Below, in pieces: positions 12,301 to 22,300 of a stretch of 25,000 bases of DNA. Numbering within the stretch: position 1 is the first letter of the stretch; each line of letters starts with the position of its first letter. The DNA is from Takakia lepidozioides (taxonomy: Eukaryota; Plantae; Bryophyta), in the NCBI GenBank assembly GCA_030704615.1, contig JAKLZA010000026.1, forward strand, positions 1-25,000, given 5' to 3'. Position numbers and translations under genes: made by a program. The notes beneath the pieces are model-generated. The model worked only from the letters and a program-made list of their open reading frames with translations, had not been told where the DNA came from and searched no databases.

Positions 12301-14171
12301 ACTGTCTGACACTTTGGATGGAGTTCAGATGATAAGCTACAAGAGCGCTGATGTGCATCATGGCTTCTAATGTGATCGCAATGCCACCCAGTACCTCGCA
12401 CTCAGACCTCTGTGACAGGCTTGAATTTGGATGTGCGTGAGCATACATCCATGCGGCTGAATTGATTTCAGTGGATTATAAAGGTGACAGAGTCCTTCAG
12501 GGTGCATATCCTCAAGGGCAGATAAAAGCCTCTGTTCAAAGCATATGACCTATGAGACAACAGAGTAGCGCCTGAGCTGGTGTCTGGCTCTACCTTTGTT
12601 TACGGTCTGCCTTGCCCACAATGAGCTGCAAAAATTCAGGCCCTTCAGAACAAACAAACAAAGACCTACACTCTCCAAAATATCCCAATAAATTGACAAA
12701 CAAAAATGTTGCAACCTACCTGACATATCCAGCAAGCGAGGACTCGAGGATACAAGAGGTTGAATTGGAGAAGATGCCACCGCTGCAGGGGCAGGAAGTC
12801 GAGCTGGAGTAGTTACCACACGTATCCCGCTTGGCACAGACTCTACCAGAGTGGGAGATGGAGCTGCAGTCCCTGCTGGTGGCACAGTTGCAGAGTCTTG
12901 CAAGATGTGATAGTTTATGAGGCCCCAGTGTTCTAGAAAATCAAACACTCGGCGAAGTGAATTCACGTCACCAATCAGGAGGCGCCTTACTTCAGTGAAG
13001 GTCAAGCGTCGTTGTTTGTTCTCCCGGTACTTGTTAATCATAAAATCCCTGTACTCCTTATATATCTTGGGTGTTTTTGAAACAGTCTTCTGGTCAAAAA
13101 ACTCACTTAATGCACGCCGCTCCAGAGGGTGGATCTTCCCCCAAACAAACCAACCTGGAATGAAGACATTCATTGGAGCATTTTAAGTGTCAAGCTTTCA
13201 TCGCATATTAGTTCCACATATACTTTGTGTAATAATTCTGAAGTACCCAGCAATCATCAACCTTAAAGGATCTGTAAATTTGGCAAAAAATGGGAGTCCA
13301 CAGCATAGGCCATCCTGGTGGATACAATGTTGTGATCACCAGGCAATTTCCTTCCTTCGAAAATGACTGTAATACTGCTCAATAATAAATCAGAAACTCC
13401 ATAAATTTAGGAGTGCCAGCATAGACCGGTCTCAAAGATATAAATGCTAACACAACCACTAGCCAATATCTTTAACCCAGACAGCAGGTGACCTTCTTAT
13501 GAACTCAAAATTGACAGTGACCTCTTAACAATGACTAACGTCATCGTGCTTTCAAACAAAGTTGGGTGCAGGGTAACAGACACACACATACCAGCATAGC
13601 TGGGTATCCGATAGAGATCTTTGTTTGGTGGCAGCCGCTGAGCTGCATTATCTGTAGTTTTCACTGCCACAGATGATCCTAAACCAGACGGATTGGATGC
13701 CTTTGCAGGCTGAGTTCCAGCTGAGAGCAGAACTTGTTGAGCTTGCTCTCCAGCAGATCCACCTTGTTGAGAATTTCTATCGGAATATGTCTCCAATTCA
13801 CCGGGTGTGGTGGCTTTGTTTACCCCAGGGACAGCAACAGCTTGAGAACCTCCATCCTTTCCACCACGTCCACCTGAGTCCAACAGACTCTCCGGGACAC
13901 CATTCTTTCCAGCATGCTTGCGTTTCCTACTTGGGGTTTCACCAGTTCTCCTCTCAACTCCGCCATCCTGACTCTTTAACGAATTGGATAAATCTATTTG
14001 CACACCTCTGGATGGTGTTGCACCTGCATTTGACAAGCCTCCCTCTCTTTCCCCCACATTGCCATTATGTGCTTCATCGATTCCTTCATCCTCAGCAACC
14101 CCCTTATCCAGCTTTGATATAGAGAATGCGTCTCCCTTCCGTGTCAGCCGGATCTTTAGACCTGCTTGCAT
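9168..14171 (-). CDS. SWI3: SWI/SNF complex subunit SWI3 (SWI3A/B type); complement join(14171..13592,13154..12720,12153..11990,11636..11463,11194..10886,10356..10175,9975..9917,9806..9598,9341..9168), ~761 aa
   Basis: SWIRM (IPSYAGWFVWGKIHPLE...YKEYRDFMINKYRE...RRVFDFLEHWGLINY), ZZ-like finger (CHSCRGDC...DLCPDCF), SANT (WTSKETLSLLEAIMRYGDNWNQVAHHVATKSKSECVKHFIQLP), SWIRM-associated PFADTSHPLLSQVAFL and AKLLADQEEREIEHLVASIIDTQMKKL...FEELE leucine zipper. All 8 introns are GT-AG with matching phases. Start codon uncertain (14171, or in-frame ATG at 14222). Confidence 0.95.
9598..9806 (-). CDS. SWI3: SWI3 exon 8
   Basis: ...RAAVATAFGVAAANAKLLADQEEREIEHLVASIIDTQ; donor GTACTT. Confidence 0.88.
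9917..9975 (-). CDS. SWI3: SWI3 exon 7 (59-nt exon)
   Basis: TGCAG acceptor and G|GTAATG donor; reconciles phase 2 of exon 6 with phase 1 of exon 8 (SKEATLSAQCPPEEELSQA). Confidence 0.7.
10175..10356 (-). CDS. SWI3: SWI3 exon 6
   Basis: VAFLSATVGARVAAATAQAA...; donor AG|GTGTGT, phase 2. Confidence 0.85.
10886..11194 (-). CDS. SWI3: SWI3 exon 5 (end of SANT)
   Basis: VAHHVATKSKSECVKHFIQLPFGD...PFADTSHPLLSQ; 309 nt. Confidence 0.92.
11463..11636 (-). CDS. SWI3: SWI3 exon 4 (end of ZZ, start of SANT)
   Basis: AGVDLCPDCFKTGKFPPGATAKEFVRID...WTSKETLSLLEAIMRYGDNWNQ; 174 nt, phase 0/0. Confidence 0.92.
11990..12153 (-). CDS. SWI3: SWI3 exon 3 (first half of ZZ-like finger); not in the ORF track in this frame
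   Basis: TTTGCAG acceptor; RSSASNLVTHKNVF...CHSCRGDCSKQRYHLEQ; donor GTCAGT. Confidence 0.88.
12720..13154 (-). CDS. SWI3: SWI3 exon 2 (SWIRM domain)
   Basis: CCAG|GT TGG acceptor; WFVWGKIHPLERR...WGLINY; donor G|GTAGGT. Confidence 0.92.
13592..14171 (-). CDS. SWI3: SWI3 coding exon 1 (low-complexity N-terminus, SRKRK basic patch, start of SWIRM)
   Basis: Ends KDLYRIPSYAG with donor G|GTATGT; phase 1 matches the next exon; 5' boundary uncertain. Confidence 0.78.
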
Positions 14172-14479
14172 CCACACCTCCAGATCAGTATAGGATTTGG
14201 TCCTTAAATAGATGTCAACCATCTCTGACCTGGACAACCTCCTTGGTGACACACTTCATTTGGTCAAGCGATGATCAAAGGTCTGTGCGTAGGTGCCCTC
14301 CTCATTTAGTCATAAATTGCAGACTGAGTTCTCATATTTGAATTACAACCATGGATACCAATTCAGAAAAGGCACCCTGCCCTGACGTCAGCTTCTGCTA
14401 CAACAAAATTTTAGCCAAAGGAGAAGAAGAAACTCAAAGTATGACTTTCTGGTTTCCTAGCGCTATGAAAAGGGAATAG

Positions 14480-15560
14480 AAGCACCAAAACGAACCTTGA
14501 ACTCTGCCCTCGTCACCCCCTTCCAAACCATCAATGCCATGGCCGTCCTCTCCTGCCCCTCCACGCCTCCGTTTCTTGCCTTTCTCTTCCCTCGGAGAAA
14601 CCATAGCCTTGTCCTAACCTGCAATCCTACCTGCCCTCTCTCTCTCCCGCTAAAGCCCCAGAGAGCCTCAAACCGTTTCCACGACCTGTTCCCCGCAGGA
14701 AAACTCCCCCCAAGACCTCGACCTCCAGCCTCTCCGTCTACCGCCAACCCGTGCTTGCGTTCGGCCGGTGTGGCGTCCCCCATAGCCAAGCCCAGGTCTT
14801 TGTATTGCACGCGACGCTCCCAGAATGCTCAGCGTTGATCCCACTCCATGACGCTCCCATAACCAGGCCCCCGATGGTGCCAGGTTCAATTTTCCAAGCT
14901 TCCCGCTTCACCTCGGCTTCTTCCCCTCACTGATCATGCCCCTCACTCTTCCCCCACCACCTCCCACTCCACCAAACACCACACTCACTCCAAATTCCTC
15001 GCACTTCGCCTGCTCCCTCCCACTCACCCTTACTTCCCCCGTGATCCCCTACCGCTTCTAGGTCATCGTCCCCTGCTCGCACACGCTCCGCCCATGCATC
15101 CCTGCACACAAACTCCCTGCTCGCTCTTCTTTGCGCTGCCTGCAATCCCCGCCGTGCCTGCACCGTCCTCTAGGGCTGCTCGCTGTGCGAAAGCTGGGAG
15201 GGCGCGGCTATGGCCGGCGCGCGCAGCGAAGGCAGGGGCGCAGGCATTTGAATGCAGCGGTTTGAGTAATGGCGGCAGGCTCGCAGGCCCCAACCAACAT
15301 CAACTCAACGCCCCCCTTTCCTTTGCTTTCCTTTGCGTGCTTTCTTCGCGTTGCTTGCCTCCGTTCCCTTTCTGCTGCCTTCCCTTTGCCTGCCTCCTTC
15401 CCTCCTACGGCTCTACTCCCTAATCTACCCTCGTCTCCGGCCGGGCCGCCCCTCGCGGTCGCCGCCCTGCGGTCGCGCACCCTTTTCTTTCTTGGTTCAT
15501 GGCTGCACGCTCTCCCTCGCCTCCCTCACCCTTTGTCTTGGGTTGCCCGTCCCCATCGCG
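14480..15560. promoter_or_regulatory. GC/CpG-rich island: probable SWI3 promoter and 5' UTR exon region
   Basis: C-rich + strand (purine-rich on the SWI3 sense strand) with CGCG clusters at ~15200-15480; a strong - strand acceptor lies downstream at 14395-14400. Confidence 0.45.
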
Positions 15561-15634
15561 TGGATGGATGGCTGGATGAATTGTGGGTTTCTGTGGACGG
15601 ATGGGATGGATGGGGTGGATGGATGGATGGATGG
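15560..15634. repeat. Imperfect (GGAT)n microsatellite
   Basis: tggatggatgg...ggatggatggatggatgga. Confidence 0.75.
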
Positions 15635-15678
15635 AATCTGGGTTGCTGTGATGGAATTGATTGTAGGTGATTTTTGTT

Positions 15679-16066
15679 TTGTTTGTTGGTCTCGTTTAGT
15701 TGTCACAACGGCCATTGGAATGATCGAATTTGTCACAAGGTACGTACGATGGATGTTTCAAGTTTTTCGCTAATTGTTTGTTGGTCTCGTTTAGTTGTCG
15801 CAACGGCCATTGGAATGATCGAATTTGTCACAGGGTACGTACGATGGATGTTTCAAGTTTTTCACTAATTGTTTGTTGGTCTCGTTTAGTTGTCGCAATG
15901 GCCATTGGAATGATCGAATTTGTCACAGGGTACGTACGATGGATGTTTCAAGTTTTTCGCTAATTGTTTGTTGGTCTCGTTTAGTTGTCGCAACGGCCAT
16001 TGGAATGATCGAATTTGTCACTGGGTACGTACGATGGATGTTTCAAGTTTTTCGCTAATTGTTTGT
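15679..16066. repeat. Tandem repeat, 4 full copies of a 95-bp unit plus 8 bp
   Basis: Unit TTGTTTGTTGGTCTCGTTTAGTTGTCGCAACGGCCATTGGAATGATCGAATTTGTCACAGGGTACGTACGATGGATGTTTCAAGTTTTTCGCTAA starts at 15679, 15774, 15869 and 15964; 1-2 substitutions per copy and no indels. Confidence 0.97.
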
Positions 16067-18284
16067 GGGTGATATAGGTATACTGCGACATCGCTCTGCT
16101 TTGGGGAATTCTGGATCCCTGCTGCCCGGGTGGTTTTCGTACTCCAGGCAGGGCCACGGGAAATTTTCGAGCGGTGAGAATGTTGTAAGTACATATTCTT
16201 CCCGTTCGACTTTCCCGGAATTTCAAGAGTGCCCTCGGACTGGGAAGTCCTAGGCATGTTTTTTTAATTTTTTTTTAATGAAGGGAAACACCTGGGGCAT
16301 GGTGGTTTGAATTGGAATTCTGTTGGTGTGTTGGTGAATTGCACAAAACACATGTACACCTATAAAATATAATAATAATAAATATAAATGAAATGTCGTA
16401 GGTGTGGTAACTTAGAATATGTTAATGCACCTTCTTGTGTGTGTAATTCATCAGAACTTTCATGTTAGTGAAGCATTGTGAAAACATGTTGAGAATTACG
16501 GCCGGCCTAAAACAAAGAAAGAAAGATTGATCCTGCATGGCTTACGGTTGAATTCTCATTTGCAAGAGTTGCAAAACAAAAATCTCATTCAATTTTAGTA
16601 GAGCAGATGGAGCTTGCTGTGTATATGCCTGATGGACTGTGGGCTCACAATTTGTTCAAAATCAGGAGTTGCGATGAGAGTGACGATCAGTGAAGTGCAG
16701 AGAAAACACCCAAATATTCTGAGGCCGCTCTGTGGCCCAAGAACCACAAAAACAAGAACAAAAAAGCAAGAAAAGGAAAAGGTAGATGGGTTTTGTTGAA
16801 TGAATGGCAGTTTTGGGAGTGAGATGATGAAGTAGCAAACAGTACAAGTATGAGCATGGACATACCTAATCTGACATTCAAATGTAAACGATTTAGTGCG
16901 GGAAGAGTGAAGGAGGTGTTGGTGGATAAAAGGAACCAGGGGTTAAGGGTCAGAAGAATTATTGTTGAGGCGGCTGCAGTTCCCGCCACACTGCCCCACC
17001 TCCTCACAGCTCCTTTTACAGGCCTTCCTTGGGGCTCGTTCCCTGTGGACTCTGTGGCTTTATGTTTCACATCCTGTTACACTTCCCTGAGCGCCCATTG
17101 TGCTTGCGAAGAAGCAGGGGGCGTTTGTATTTCAATTGTGTTTCAGACCTGTTTGAACCTCTGAAAGGGTGTTGGATGCAAAACTCGTTTCTTGTCAGTC
17201 TTTTTACACACACTCGCACACTTTCTCTCTATGTGTGCCCATGACACAATTGTCTTTCTCTTTAGGGTTGGCTTCTTCGAAGCTCTGTAAGGCTTTAGGT
17301 GCAAAACTTCATTTTTTCCCCTCTCTAGCGTTCTCCATCTCTCGGATGTTCGCTCTGTCCTAATTCTATTCATTGTTTTTAATCTTTCGTTGTGGAAAAT
17401 TTTCTGCTGATGCAGATTGTGTTCCCACATGGCTCTAGCTCAACAAGTGTCGGTTCTAGGTCATGGTTTCGACCTGGACTCTCTGTTCATTTCAACGGGT
17501 GATATGAGGTTTCTATCACAGCATTTGATCTCCATTTGTTCTGGCATGTGACCTGTGTCCATCCTTTGGTGCTCTCCTCTCCCTCCATCCCCCGCAAATC
17601 CCCCCCTTGCAGTATTGTCATCCTCTCCCAGCGGCCCTCAGTTAAGCTTTCCTCTCCACTATTTGCTACGATTGTGGTAAGAGATAGCGCGCAGCATGCT
17701 CAACGACGACGGCCCCATCGGCGAAGGTAGAGCAGGTATGATGAAAGAGAATTGAGGGGTACGGGACTGGGGAACCTGGTGCTCTGCAATGAGACATATG
17801 TTTCTTCAGCTGGAAATTCATGTGACCAGCAGAGTTTTCTCTAGCACACATGCTCCAGTCCAGATGCTCAATGTCGCACATATTATTGAGGCCTGAATGT
17901 TTCGACATGTTTACAGAGTAGTGTAATCCCATTTCTGCAACTGAGAAGGAGGGCGTCGATCGCCCATTCAACGCAGCACCTGGCAGCTGTTCAGTATTGT
18001 ACATGTTAAATTCTTCTGTAGTTATCTGGTAATTAGTACGCAAGAAGGGACAAGACTCGGATAGAGAGCAGAGTTAGTAAGAGAAGGGTCGTCAGCTCGT
18101 AGGCAGGAAGTTGGTCGTTAGGGTTCCACAGCAGTGAAGAACAATTGGGCAACTGCATTGAGTTCTTCACTGACATTTGAGTTCAAGAAGATTAGGTTTT
18201 CGCACACATCATATGATGTGTTGAACTTACCCACTTTCTCTGAACTTCATCATTTCTGCAGGTAATCTCACTAGAAGGAGGGAA

Positions 18285-19316
18285 ATGGCACGGCAGGTGA
18301 GCAGACAAAGCATTGCAGAGATGCGGGCGGTGCTAGGTCCAGGGCCCTCTGAGATGGATTTAATTAGGGCCCTCCACTTATCAAGGAACGATGTCTCATC
18401 AGCCATCAATATCTTGTTTGACACCCCCCACTTTCAATCCAGTACTTTCAAAAGTGCCATGCGCCCCTCTAGTAATGGAAAGGCCAGTGCTCGCCCGAGC
18501 ACACAGGTACATAACAGGGAAGAGCGAAGCAGCATGCCTTCCTCACAGCCCAATTCCGTGAAGGCAAACAGTACGGACAGGGTGACTCCCATTCATGTGC
18601 TCCCCAGCTCATCTCTTGCTGATGCAAAGGCCAGTGCTCGCCCGAGCACACAGGTACATAACAGGCAAGAGAGAAGCAGCATGCCTACCTCACAGCCCAA
18701 TTCCGTGAAGGCAAACAGTACGGACAGGGTGACTCCCATTCATGTACTCCCCAGCTCATCTCTTGCTGAACTCACAGTAGAAATCAGTGAACGGAAGGGA
18801 GCTGCAGCTAATTCTAGTCCACCTTCCACTGACTACAGCTGCAACAGTCCCCTTGCATTGGAGGTTAGGTCCATCAATACTACGGAATTTGCAAGTCAGT
18901 CTCCTTATTTTACTGGGATGCCGAAAGTTTCTCCATTTGAAGGTCAGGAGAAGAGTTCAAACCATATGTTGCACCCTCTTCCAGGGCCAGGTGGCCAGCT
19001 AAAGGTGTCAACTCCTCTGCCAGGGACTGTACCCACAAGCAGGCCCCCTCAGGGCCTTATTACCTATAGAAGACCTCCTCCTTTCTCAGAGGAGATAGAC
19101 TGGGTGCTGCTAGGAGAATCAGAGATAATGGGATTCTCTACAAGTAAAGGAGCCAAATTACAATCTGGGGATCCATTGCAGTTCTCTTTCCCCAAGCAAG
19201 TTGGGATTGGGGGGAAGGGACAGTCGGAGGCGAAACGACCTGGGCCCTGGGGCAGGGGCAAGGCGGCAAGCGCAGCTGCTGAGATTGTGCGGTTTTCCTG
19301 CAACAAATTTGGAGAG
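18285..19316 (+). CDS. RAD5: RAD5 coding exon 1 (CUE-like, repeat linker, start of HIRAN)
   Basis: ATG 24 nt after the TTTCTGCAG acceptor ending at 18261; donor GAG|GTCAGC. Confidence 0.9.
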
Positions 19317-22300
19317 GTCAGCTGCTCCCCAACCCTTTCCATAAGATAAACGAGGCTATATCCAAGTTGGCACTAATACTCTACCAAGTAAGTCTCTGAA
19401 TTTGTTGAGATTTTGAGTGCAGTAGGTGAGGGTTGTGATTATGCCCAGGTCAGCAATTCTCTCTTTTGTGATGCTTGGATAACCTCATAGTGAAAGGATA
19501 TTCGATGAATACATACTCGAATCTGTGGAATGTGTTGCATTTACTGTGTGATGCGTCAGATTGCTGTGTGAAGATTTTCCCGTTTAGTCCTGTAAAATCC
19601 AGGCAGCTAACAGTTGTGTGCAGGGAGGTTGGTTGATAAATCCACATTGGGGAAGCCTGTAATCGGATATAGACATGGATGGATTCTTGAGTTTCTGTAA
19701 GCTGTGTTGTTTACTGCAAGTATCTTTTCACCATATCACTAAGGTTGGAATCTGTAATCACTGGCTGGTATTGGGGTAACCTATGACAATCCACACCTTC
19801 ACTGATAATATAACCGTTCATCATCTCTGTTTTGTCCACCAAGTGGGGGAGATAGAAGAAAGAAATAGAACAGAAGAGATAGATCGCAGGGCGTCTGATG
19901 TGAATCCAGAGACAGGGCAGTGAAGACGTGCACGGCAGGTGGTCTGGGCAAGGTTTCCCAGAACTTTGCATATACGGATGTCATGGCAGGTGGCTGGGCG
20001 GTCTGCGCATGGTCTCCAGAACTGTGCATATACAGATGTGGCTGTGACCAACTTTGTAATAACTGGAAGCCCTAAAGCAATACACATAGAATTGGACAAG
20101 GTTTTGCACTCTGACTGATTTGGCAACTGTTTGTTGGAAAATAAATTAACTCCTCCAGCTGGTTTTGCAGGTAGGACGGATACCTGGTGATTGGGCACGA
20201 TCATTAATTCCACTCATTCAGACAGGCAAAGTGAGGGTGCATGCCACCTGTCGTACTGCACCAGCAACTCTCTCGTTGATGGACAGTATTGTGGTGGACA
20301 TTCAGTAAGCAGCTGCTTGTGTAGTTATACTTCCTTTTTCGCTTGCACTAGTCCAATTTTATCTGTAGATATCCTTTTCATTTTCGTAGATATTCAAATG
20401 ATTTACTGAAGCCTCAGCAGTATCATGCTTTGGAGTCCTTCGCAAACATACGTAATAGTGAAGTATCTCTTTTCATCGCTTTGTTGTTGGGGGAAGCATT
20501 GAGCAGGTTTGTGTCCTTTCTGATCATGGCTTTTATTAACCATTTCACATGTGGTTCTTTTTTAGAGTGTATGTAAGCCGGTCTCTGTTCACCAAGTTCA
20601 ATGGCAGCTCAACAACTCGAATTACGGCATCAGCTGCTGAGGGAAATATCAACCAACCACTCCCTTCTTTACTTCGCTTGCTTCACAGGGAACCTTTTAT
20701 GAAGGTGAGCATCGCTTATGTGTATGAAGCAGGCCTCTGATTATTATCCTGCATCTTTGAAAGAGTTCCCTTGATTGTCTCTGTAGCCATTGATGAACTG
20801 TTTTTCTTCGTTCTGCCCCTCATGTTACCATGGACAGGAAATGAAAGGTGATTTCTGCCTTGAGTTGCAAATCTTGCTTACAGTGCTGCAGAAGTCTCTT
20901 GCTCTCGAAGAAATCATCATTTTGTTATGAGATCCATCATCCTTTGGCCAGCTGGCTGTAGGAGTGGCACCAGCTAAAGTGAATGCTTCTGAATGAAGTT
21001 GGGTTTCACAACAACCAGCGGTTGCTTCATGTTACTAGCAGCATAAATGGAGTACCACAAGAAGGTGCCCCATAATGTGTTTACTAATTGTGATGTTAAT
21101 TTGATTTTCAGGCAGCATTCACTCCTGAAGATCTTTACAGCCGTAAACGATCACTTGATTTAGAAATATGCCAGGTAACACCTTCAGCTAAATTTCTTGT
21201 CATCCTTGCTGCAGCTTTAGTTCTCAACCTTGCTTTGAAGGATAGTCCTCAACAGATGTAGCCTTTCATATATGCAAGGCCTAACCATATTCCAAACATC
21301 TTGCAAAACAGTATTTTTGACAAGGTATCCATGCAACTAGGTCTGAGGGTGCATCTTTCCTTTGAAGGGATTCCATAGGTAAGTTCTGTGCTAGTATCTT
21401 CTACCTTTGGATGATGAATTTCTTGCATGAGAGTGCATGGAAAACTGCTTGTAGACAAGCTATATTGGCACCAAAGAGATCTCACTATGGTGACGGTTGA
21501 GCTATGGGTTTAGTTAATGAGACATAAAGAAACAATTGGATTGTACATGTGCTGTTCTAGGGGAACAGCAAAGATTAATTCATGTTTTTTTCTGGGGCCA
21601 GGGAAGTTCCTCAGAATCACAAGTATCTTCTCTACCGGCAGAGAAGAGGCTGAAACTGGCATCAGCGTCAGCTGCAGTGGTGCAAGGGGAGGGGACCGAG
21701 GAGGAAGGGGCAGCAATGTGCGATGAGGATGTCAATAAGTTAGTTGGGACCTCGGATAGCTGCCAGCTTGAGGTGATCCATGCTGTGACCTAAGTGACTT
21801 ATGTCTTTGACTTAAAGATAGGTAGGCCGGGGGAGGCCAGCATACATTTTTTCCAAGTATGTGGGTGTTTTAGAAACATAGAGACCATAATCTTGGGATT
21901 GATTGTAGTGTTTTTCACAATGTTGACACCATACTGATTGCACACAGTGAATGAGATTCCCTCTTCAGAGTGACACTAGAGCTACCCATCCACTGCATAC
22001 TTCTGGCCTCATTCGCTATTTGGGGAAGTGAGATGTGAGAGATAGCAAGAACTAATGGAAGGAACTTCATTCTGTCTGTGCACAGAAAGTGAGAAAGAAA
22101 GAAAAAAACTTCATTTATCCACAGGGGCCCAGAGGGCCTATTGGACGAGGTCGAACAAAAGGAACCACCTCAAAATAAACAAAACATTGGCCAAAACAGA
22201 AGAGGAAGTGCCTTATGCACTTTGAGCTGCCAGACACTTCATGTTGTAAAGGCTGAAGGCCTCTGCCAAAGACTGGGGAAGAGAAACTGGGAGTGGCAGC

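Noticed and set aside
12395-12549. Cryptic stop-containing exon in SWI3 intron 2
   Set aside because: An acceptor-like TCATAG exists, but the gene splices cleanly without it and nothing else supports it.
15679-16066. CRISPR-like array, or the repeated ORFs (MSQGTYDG...) as genes
   Set aside because: Units are identical end to end with no unique spacers, and no cas genes are present in this eukaryotic context. The ORFs are by-products of a 95-bp (non-triplet) period.
16237-16254. Helitron 3' end (hairpin plus CTAG)
   Set aside because: The hairpin overlaps the CTAG instead of lying about 11 nt upstream, and CTAG is followed by G, not T.
17422-17432. USE-like TTCCCACATGG (snRNA or telomerase RNA promoter)
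   Set aside because: No TATA box at the expected spacing and no recognisable snRNA downstream. The single TTTAGGGTT at 17261 is upstream of the motif, and its template-like sense is on the opposite strand.
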